Source: an uncultured delta proteobacterium (GTDB lineage Bacteria > Desulfobacterota > Desulfobacteria > Desulfobacterales > JAHEIW01). From it: 64,000 bases of DNA. Where the stretch lies: positions 64,001 through 128,000 of the forward strand of contig CAVPNL010000012.1 of the NCBI GenBank assembly GCA_963706575.1, read 5' to 3'. Made by a program: the position numbers and the translations under genes. The notes under the pieces were generated by a model. That model ran no database searches and was not told the origin of the DNA. It worked only from the letters and a program-made list of their open reading frames with translations. Below, piece by piece: positions 57,785 through 64,000 of the stretch; the stretch's first letter is position 1; every line of letters begins with the position of its first letter.

Positions 57785-58112
57785 TCGACGGGTCAGGGAG
57801 TTTTTTCGGTTGTATTGATAGCGGAAAAATCGCCCGCTCGCCATAAGGGTTTGAATAGAACCCGCTCCATCAATTCATACCAGCTGTGAACAAAAGTATA
57901 CAATTATTATATGTTTTTCTACACATGTAGTTAAATCCCCCTCACGGCTAAACATAGAATAAATAATTGATTTTATTTAAATTAATAAATAATGTAGCAA
58001 CTTTGCATGGTTTTTGCAGCGGTTATCCATGGGCTCGACCGCATTTTTCGACGCAAAATGCAAAATTAAATATGGGCCCGTATGCTTATATCGCTCACAA
58101 AGGGGAGATCCT

Positions 58113-58181
58113 ATGGATAAATATGATGTTATCGGTCTGGCGATTGCCATACTTGCGGTTTCTGTGGTTTTGATGCATTAG
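58113..58181 (+). CDS. Putative 22-aa single-TM peptide, not in ORF track
   Basis: AAGGGGAG RBS then ATG; MDKYDVIGLAIAILAVSVVLMH. Confidence 0.5.
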   Translation: MDKYDVIGLAIAILAVSVVLMH

Positions 58182-58332
58182 TTTGAAGCTCGTCAGGCAT
58201 CTTCCCCCAAGAACGCCTACCGCCATTTCCGCTTTCCCGGGAAAAACCTGCTCAAAAAATCCATTATATCAATTTCTTGTTGCCCATTATTCCCAAATGG
58301 TTAATTAATGGTTAGGTTTAAAACGTAAGTCT

Positions 58333-58731
58333 ATGGCTCCAACTCTGACAGATCAGGAAATGGGTATAATGGAAGAAAAGACGAATTTTCGATCGACCGC
58401 TTTTGACGGCGCCTGTCGGACCATCCTAACCACATACCCGGAAGCCATCGGGGTGGCCTTTAAATTTTTAGATTGCGGATGTTCGTTGCTTTGCGGTGTT
58501 TCAGCCCAGGGCAATCCCATCGGAGAAATGATCCATGTTTCCGGTCAGCCGGCACGCAAGGGCAAAAAACCGCCAATTTGCTTTACCTGCAAAAAAGACG
58601 ACAGCATGGAGCGGGTTGTTTGGGAGGCGATTCACTGGCCCGGAGATGAAAATGAACTGCCGGACAAAGAATTGCGGCTTTCTATCGGAAAAAATGTTTT
58701 CGGCCCGGGTTACGTCGAACCTGACGCTTAG
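58333..58731 (+). CDS. Hypothetical Cys-rich protein (possible Zn binding)
   Basis: C, CGC, C and CFTC residues; start may be 58360 or 58369. Confidence 0.7.
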   Translation: MAPTLTDQEMGIMEEKTNFRSTAFDGACRTILTTYPEAIGVAFKFLDCGCSLLCGVSAQGNPIGEMIHVSGQPARKGKKPPICFTCKKDDSMERVVWEAIHWPGDENELPDKELRLSIGKNVFGPGYVEPDA

Positions 58732-58784
58732 AAGTGGTTTTTCTCAAACCGTGAATTCGCGTAAAAATTACTTTTGGCGCCTGC

Positions 58785-59141
58785 TCAAGTCAGTATGGTT
58801 TTGGCAATCGGCTCCAACCAGGCCTCCTGGCCGAAAGCCTCCTTCAATTTCTTTGATAAGGTCTCCAGTTCCGACGGACTGCGGGTCTCTACGACCAGAT
58901 CATAATCATCCAGCACTTTGAGTTTCCCGTGCTGCAGAATGATGTCGATGGCCTTATTGACATCGACCGTAAACCAGCCCTTCATGCGACGCAACATCTC
59001 CTCACCGCGAAACGGCCGCTCGATCAACAGATCGACTTGCCGCTGTTTTGCTTCCCAGCCGAGAACAGCGGGCTGTTTCAATACCGGCCGCACCGGATCT
59101 AGAACCGCCGCGCACTTAAACCACAACATCGCTCTTTCCAT
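58785..59141 (-). CDS. Hypothetical protein
   Basis: AAGGAG RBS before ATG 59141 (MERAMLWFKC...). Confidence 0.7.
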   Translation of the reverse strand: MERAMLWFKCAAVLDPVRPVLKQPAVLGWEAKQRQVDLLIERPFRGEEMLRRMKGWFTVDVNKAIDIILQHGKLKVLDDYDLVVETRSPSELETLSKKLKEAFGQEAWLEPIAKTILT

Positions 59142-59336
59142 GATTTCTCCTTGTTGACATATGCCGAAAATTAAGGAAAATATAATCATCCCCGGCACCT
59201 GTCAAGACTCACGGTGTTGTTATTGGTTAATGGTTATTTGTTATTAGAGTCGATCAGCGTTTGTGTTCAGCATGGGCTTGTTTCAGATTCCTTGACAAAT
59301 AACCCATAACGAATAACTTTTTTTGGGGGTAAGGAT

Positions 59337-59990
59337 ATGAATGTGTTTTCCGCCATGAAAGGCCGTCAAAGTACCCGGGCATACCTTTCGAAGGCTGTCG
59401 CGCGCGCCGATATCGAAGACCTTTTAAAATATGCCGGCATGGCGCCCTCAGCCATCAACTTACAGCCCTGGGAATATGTGATTGTTTACGGAGAAGAAAA
59501 AGATCGCCTGGTGCTGCGGTTAAAACGCGCGTATGCCGAGCGCAATATCTCATGCGGCCCAGGAACCGAAAATCCGCTGCCGGATATATTTAAAGCCCGC
59601 AGCCGCCGCGCCTCACAGGCCATGGCGCCTAAAGTGGCTGAGATGGGTCTGGAATTTAACCGGTTTGTCGAGGAGGGCAGCTGTTCTTTTTACGGAGCGC
59701 CAATAGCGATCATCGTTATCCTGGATCGTCTGTTTCCAAAAATTCGCTATCTGGACGTGGGCCTGAGCGTATCCTACTTGCTGCTGGCCGCACAGGCCAA
59801 AGGCCTGGCGACCTGTCCGATCGGCCTGGTGACCGCCTATGGAGATCAAGTCGCAGACGCCCTTGATATCCCCCCTAATAAAGAAATCGTTCTGGGCATC
59901 GCGCTGGGATATGCCGACCCCCAATCGCCCATCAACTGCTTTAAAACCGAGCGCGAAAACCTGGCTGCTTTCCGTTTCTGGTATGAATGA
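59337..59990 (+). CDS. Nitroreductase family protein
   Basis: RQSTRAY, APSAINLQPW, FYGAP, LAA.AKGLATC, ALGY. Confidence 0.92.
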   Translation: MNVFSAMKGRQSTRAYLSKAVARADIEDLLKYAGMAPSAINLQPWEYVIVYGEEKDRLVLRLKRAYAERNISCGPGTENPLPDIFKARSRRASQAMAPKVAEMGLEFNRFVEEGSCSFYGAPIAIIVILDRLFPKIRYLDVGLSVSYLLLAAQAKGLATCPIGLVTAYGDQVADALDIPPNKEIVLGIALGYADPQSPINCFKTERENLAAFRFWYE

Positions 59991-60000
59991 CTTGTCTTGG

Positions 60001-60143
60001 TTTCAGGCTTCAGGTTCTGGGTTCAGCGTTCAAAGGTTCAGGTGTTCAGGGGTTCAATGTTTTTGGCCGCTGGCTTCTCGCTTCTGCCAGCTGGCCAGCA
60101 GCTGGCGACCTCTCAACCTTTGAACGCTGAACCTTTGAACCCG
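60001..60143. repeat. Nested inverted tandem-repeat element
   Basis: GGTTCAG/GTTCA units mirrored by TGAACC units around a CTGGC/GCCAG core; same family as 24621-24868. Confidence 0.75.
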
Positions 60144-60179
60144 ATGACTGACACCTAATCTAAACTTTAGGAGGAGCGC

Positions 60180-60764
60180 ATGAAAAAATTAATGCTACCC
60201 ATCATTTTGTTGATGATGATATATGCGTGCACCACTTTCGACACCATAGACCACAATGCCTCTGTCAGCGATTCCGATCAGGCAATTAAACGGGTTGCCG
60301 TGGTTGACTTTGATTTTGCCAGACCCGAAAGAGGTAGAACCGATCGGGGAAGAATTGTCAGACCCATGAATGCCGGATCGCTTATGGCAGATATTTTCAC
60401 AGAGCATTTGCTGGAATCCGGTCTATATGAGGTTGTCGAAAGAAAGAAGATCGTCCGGTTGTTGAGAGATTTTGAGATTGATACCGGCGACCTTTTTGCC
60501 GCCGATCATATGAAAAAATTACAAGACGTCCTGAATGTGGACGGATTAATCGTCGGGGTGGTCATGGAATATGGTGATTGGCGCGGAACAATCAATTGGG
60601 GTGGCGTGGTCGGATTTAGCGCCAGGCTGGTTGAAGTCGACTCCGGATCGCTGATATGGGCAACCAGCGCCAACCGGAATATGGCCATGACCAATTCCAG
60701 TGTGGTCGCTCATGCGGCATCGCAGGACGCCCTCAAAGATCTTTTAACCCAGCTTGGCAAATGA
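60180..60764 (+). CDS. Lipoprotein, CsgG/GNA1162-like
   Basis: Lipobox IYAC; VAVVDF, YEVVER, VDGLIVG.V.EY, ARLVEV.SG.LIW. Confidence 0.75.
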   Translation: MKKLMLPIILLMMIYACTTFDTIDHNASVSDSDQAIKRVAVVDFDFARPERGRTDRGRIVRPMNAGSLMADIFTEHLLESGLYEVVERKKIVRLLRDFEIDTGDLFAADHMKKLQDVLNVDGLIVGVVMEYGDWRGTINWGGVVGFSARLVEVDSGSLIWATSANRNMAMTNSSVVAHAASQDALKDLLTQLGK

Positions 60765-60771
60765 GGTGAAA

Positions 60772-61659
60772 ATGAGAATTGCACTGATTGCCAATTCACG
60801 CTCTAAAGAAGTCAAAAATCAAAATATAAGCCCTGGTCTGGCAAACAAATTATCAGAGCGCAATATCCGATTTGAACTGTTCACCACCCAATACGACGGA
60901 CACGCCTTTGAAATGATGAGGCAGATCTCCATCGCTGAATATGACGCCATCGGCATCATGGGCGGAGATGGCACCAATTATCAGGTGCTCAACGGTCTAT
61001 TAAAATACCACGGGGACAGGCAATTGCCGCCACTGAGCATCCTACCGGTGGGTCGTGGAAACTCTTTTGCCAGGGATTTGCAAATTTTCAGTATTGAAGA
61101 CGGGCTTGCCGCCCTAAGCCGTCAGGCCACCCGAAAAGTTGATGTGTGCCGGTTTTCACAAAACGATGACGTCTATTACTTCGTTAATCTGATGGGATTC
61201 GGATTCGTTACCGATGTGGCCAAAACCGCCGCCCGATTTAGATGGGCCGCTGATTTCAGCTATGTGATCGGCGTATTTCATCGCTTGCTGGGGTTGAATT
61301 TTCATGAAATGGTACTGGAAATTGATGGGAAGGTCATCAGCGGTAAAAACTGCTTTGTGGAAATCTGTAATTCCAGATATACCGGCGGCAACATGCTGAT
61401 GGCACCCGAAGCGCAGATCGATGACGGGCTGTTCGACGCGGTCGTGCTCGCACCTCTGAGCCGCCTGAGTCTGATTTCAACATTTCCCAAAATATTTAAA
61501 GGAACTCATTCAGAAAATCCGGCAGTACAATTTATCCAGGCAAAATCGGTCAAAGTGCACACGCAACCACAAAAAATTTTACTGCCGGACGGTGAAATAT
61601 TTGGAACCACACCCACCGAAATCAATATTTTGCCGCATCTGGTCAGGTATTTTTCATAA
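60772..61659 (+). CDS. Diacylglycerol/lipid kinase family protein
   Basis: GGDGT, PVGRGNSFARDL, YTGG, DDGLFD, DGE. Confidence 0.9.
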   Translation: MRIALIANSRSKEVKNQNISPGLANKLSERNIRFELFTTQYDGHAFEMMRQISIAEYDAIGIMGGDGTNYQVLNGLLKYHGDRQLPPLSILPVGRGNSFARDLQIFSIEDGLAALSRQATRKVDVCRFSQNDDVYYFVNLMGFGFVTDVAKTAARFRWAADFSYVIGVFHRLLGLNFHEMVLEIDGKVISGKNCFVEICNSRYTGGNMLMAPEAQIDDGLFDAVVLAPLSRLSLISTFPKIFKGTHSENPAVQFIQAKSVKVHTQPQKILLPDGEIFGTTPTEINILPHLVRYFS

Positions 61660-61792
61660 GGCCGTCCTTGCGTCCTGCCTCGACTGGACAAGGCGGGCCT
61701 TGACCTTACCGTTCCCATTCATTATTTTGTAACATAGCCCCATTCGGATTCACCCCAGATTCGGATAATTTCAGAGCGGATAGGAAAACGAT

Positions 61793-62875
61793 ATGTTCGA
61801 AGTCGATACCGTTGCCCGTCAGACCCTCAACAACTGCGACATTAGTGATGCCCAGCATGCCGGACTGTATTCCACCTGCGGTCTGGCCCTGCGACTGCGG
61901 GATCTTTATAAGTGGGAACACCACCTGAATCCCTGGGAAGAAAAAGATTCATCTGAAATACTGGATTGGATTGGTGAAAAGGAAGCGCTCTGGGAAAAAC
62001 TGGCAGATGCAAAATACACCGACCTATCGATCGAGGGTAAACGCTACGACCCCTTTGACACACCCGGAATCAATGCGGCACTGGAGCCCCACGGCCTTTT
62101 CTACGGAGCCGGGTATGCCTTCCGTTTAAAACCGACTTTTTTCCTGGCCGAGATCGAAAATAAAGCGCAGAGCAATGGTTACACCGTTTATACCCTCGGG
62201 CACGAATTGGCCCGTGACCTGCTTACCTTGCCGGCGCTTTCGCAGGACCAGACGATTCTGCTGCGAACCGATTCCGCGAGGCTGTATTTGTGGGATCAGA
62301 TGGCATACATAAAAAAATCAGGCCGTGCGGCACTGCAATTTACCCTTGAACACTTCGGAATGAAAAACCAGCAACCTGAAGTCTTGCAGCAGCATCTACC
62401 CCAAATTCTGGCCGTCCAAAAGGACAACTACATATATCATGAGATCGGAGAACTCAGCGATTCTACGTTTAATCCGACAATCTGGCGCGAATTAATTGCC
62501 GCCTTTCCGCATTCACCCGTAGAGCTGCTCGCCAGAGGTCTCAAAGACCTGCTGGCGGACACCAGCCCAAAAGGAACGCTGCCCTATCTGATAAAAACCC
62601 GCAAAACGGCCGCTCTGGGACTGTATGCCGCTTTTTTGGATGGAATGCCAGCGGAACTTTTCCCCGAATTGAGAGACGCGTTTAATCACTTTACCAAAAC
62701 CCGCAATTGGCGTATGATTAAAGAAGCGGCTGCCGAAGGCTATCGCCGTGCCACGAATTATACCTCTGAGATGGTTCACCTTTTTCAGACGGCTAACAAA
62801 AAGCAGCAGATGCAGTGGGCCAAAGATGAAATCGAGAAACGCCTGCTGGATAAAATCAAAAGAAGGGATATTTGA
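61793..62875 (+). CDS. Conserved hypothetical protein (Sfum_1244-like family)
   Basis: NCDISDA.HAG.YS.CGL.LRLRDLYKWE, YGAGY...KPTFFL, ELARDL, HEIGE, R..KDLLAD; family name from memory. Confidence 0.7.
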   Translation: MFEVDTVARQTLNNCDISDAQHAGLYSTCGLALRLRDLYKWEHHLNPWEEKDSSEILDWIGEKEALWEKLADAKYTDLSIEGKRYDPFDTPGINAALEPHGLFYGAGYAFRLKPTFFLAEIENKAQSNGYTVYTLGHELARDLLTLPALSQDQTILLRTDSARLYLWDQMAYIKKSGRAALQFTLEHFGMKNQQPEVLQQHLPQILAVQKDNYIYHEIGELSDSTFNPTIWRELIAAFPHSPVELLARGLKDLLADTSPKGTLPYLIKTRKTAALGLYAAFLDGMPAELFPELRDAFNHFTKTRNWRMIKEAAAEGYRRATNYTSEMVHLFQTANKKQQMQWAKDEIEKRLLDKIKRRDI

Positions 62876-62900
62876 GGCTCATAAAACCGGGAGAGGTTGC

Positions 62901-63641
62901 ATGAACTACGACGCTGAATTCTGTCAGCAGATTCGGGTAAGTGAAGAAGACAAGCGTCAATGCCTGGCGCTGATTTCTAAAATCCTATTTTTGGCCACCA
63001 ATGCGCGCAATTACGGTTTGCTGTCACTGGGCCAAGAAGCCGAAGAAAGCACTTCATTTCTGCTGGGCAAGGGACTTCAGCTGGCAATGGACGGGGTCAA
63101 AAGCCATACAGCCAGAACGATACTGGAGCTTTATATCTTTACCGGGGATTACACGGGCAAGGATTTGCTGGGACGCTGCATCATCCTGGAAGGGGTAATG
63201 GGCATCCTGGAAGGCATGCATCCGAAGCTTCTCAAAGAGCTTCTGCTCTCATTCCTTGGTGAATCCGGTCACAGCATGTACAAAGAAGAATTTGAAGCCA
63301 GGGAAAAGGAAAAACTGGAATCCTATCTTCAGCAAATTGAAGAAAAACCCGCCGCATCCGATTCATCCGCCAAACTGGGCAACGTTATCGCCCGCCTCAA
63401 CGGCAAGGCCATTAAACAATTTTTGCAGATCATCAATATCGAAGACCTGGCAAAGGCCATAAAAGATATGGATGGCAAAGTGCAAATAAAACTGTTCAAC
63501 CTGCTGCCGGAAAGAGGCGCATCTCTGCTGCTGGAATCCGTTGAACAGATGGATTCGATTGGGCCGGGTGAAATCCTTGAGGCCCAGAATAAGGTGGTGG
63601 CAATTATATCCGAGCTGAAAGAGCAGGGGCGGATCGGTTGA
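62901..63641 (+). CDS. Soluble fusion of MotA-like cytoplasmic segments and a FliG C-terminal domain
   Basis: GGAGAGG RBS, ATG 62901; ARNYGLLSL..FLLGKGLQLAMDG and IILEGV.GI..G.HPKLL.E.L.SFL (MotA-like); DLAKAIK..K.F..L.ER.A.LL.E..E.M..I.EAQ.K.V.II..L...G.I (FliG_C). Confidence 0.7.
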   Translation: MNYDAEFCQQIRVSEEDKRQCLALISKILFLATNARNYGLLSLGQEAEESTSFLLGKGLQLAMDGVKSHTARTILELYIFTGDYTGKDLLGRCIILEGVMGILEGMHPKLLKELLLSFLGESGHSMYKEEFEAREKEKLESYLQQIEEKPAASDSSAKLGNVIARLNGKAIKQFLQIINIEDLAKAIKDMDGKVQIKLFNLLPERGASLLLESVEQMDSIGPGEILEAQNKVVAIISELKEQGRIG

Positions 63642-63655
63642 AAAGCGGAACTATT

Positions 63656-64000
63656 CTATTTGCCGGCAAAAACTTTCTGCAACAAATCGGTTACCCGGGC
63701 TGCCGGCTGGGTGCGGATTTGTCTCTCCTGCTCGGCCAGCATTTTAAAAAGCCCTTTAAGGCCGCCATCGGTTACATACTGATCCAGGTCAAAACTCAAG
63801 CTTTTACCAAAGGGTATGCTTTGCGCCTTGGCATTCAAATCCTGAAACGACCGCGTAACCCCGACCTCCCCCATCGCGTCTTGAACAATGGGTTTAAAAA
63901 GCTCCTCGAGCCGGCCTGATGTTTTATCCTCAAAATAAAGCGTGGCCTCATTATCCCGTCCGTTGAGAATTTTGCCAGCATCCTCAAAACTCATCTGCCG
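63656..64000 (-). CDS. DUF4197 family protein, 5' end outside window
   Basis: M.F.DA..IL.G...AT.YF, F.PIV, DLD.YVT...L.GLF, E..IR..P.AR.T.LL.KVF. Confidence 0.85.
   Translation of the reverse strand, partial: RQMSFEDAGKILNGRDNEATLYFEDKTSGRLEELFKPIVQDAMGEVGVTRSFQDLNAKAQSIPFGKSLSFDLDQYVTDGGLKGLFKMLAEQERQIRTQPAARVTDLLQKVFAGK

Noticed and set aside
62748..62900. N-terminal extension of the MotA/FliG fusion ORF
   Set aside because: Overlaps the upstream gene; RBS supports ATG 62901

Overview
A 64-kb stretch of bacterial chromosome, most likely from an anaerobic Desulfobacterota (Desulfobacterales-like) organism; this is inferred from gene content and repeat style, not tested. No rRNA, tRNA, CRISPR array, prophage or intact transposase was seen. 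The left end is a GntR-headed catabolic operon: tautomerase, DUF2848, Fe-ADH, a Cys-ligated bis-MGD molybdo/tungsto-enzyme with a ferredoxin subunit, and an aldehyde:ferredoxin oxidoreductase. The rest mixes housekeeping genes (prfC, ychF, slyD-like, pncB, surE, ilvN, amn, two csp), a nucleoside ABC transporter with codA, and many hypotheticals, separated by several families of palindromic repeats and a 146-bp MITE. Main observations: (1) four arginine-rich (D/E)RR-repeat microproteins, three of them just upstream of PilZ or PilZ-like genes, a possible c-di-GMP sink or split-receptor system; (2) a GrdB/PrdB-like selenoprotein split in the ORF track at a UGA, with a UxxC motif and a SECIS-like hairpin; (3) a soluble fusion of MotA cytoplasmic segments with a FliG C-terminal domain; (4) a candidate sigma28-driven sRNA; (5) tandem NrdR-like boxes before an orphan ParA; (6) a very divergent UPRTase-like gene converging on codA; (7) a conserved 5' leader motif shared by two csp paralogues; (8) several small ORFs missing from the ORF track. 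All family assignments are by eye from motifs; no database search was run.
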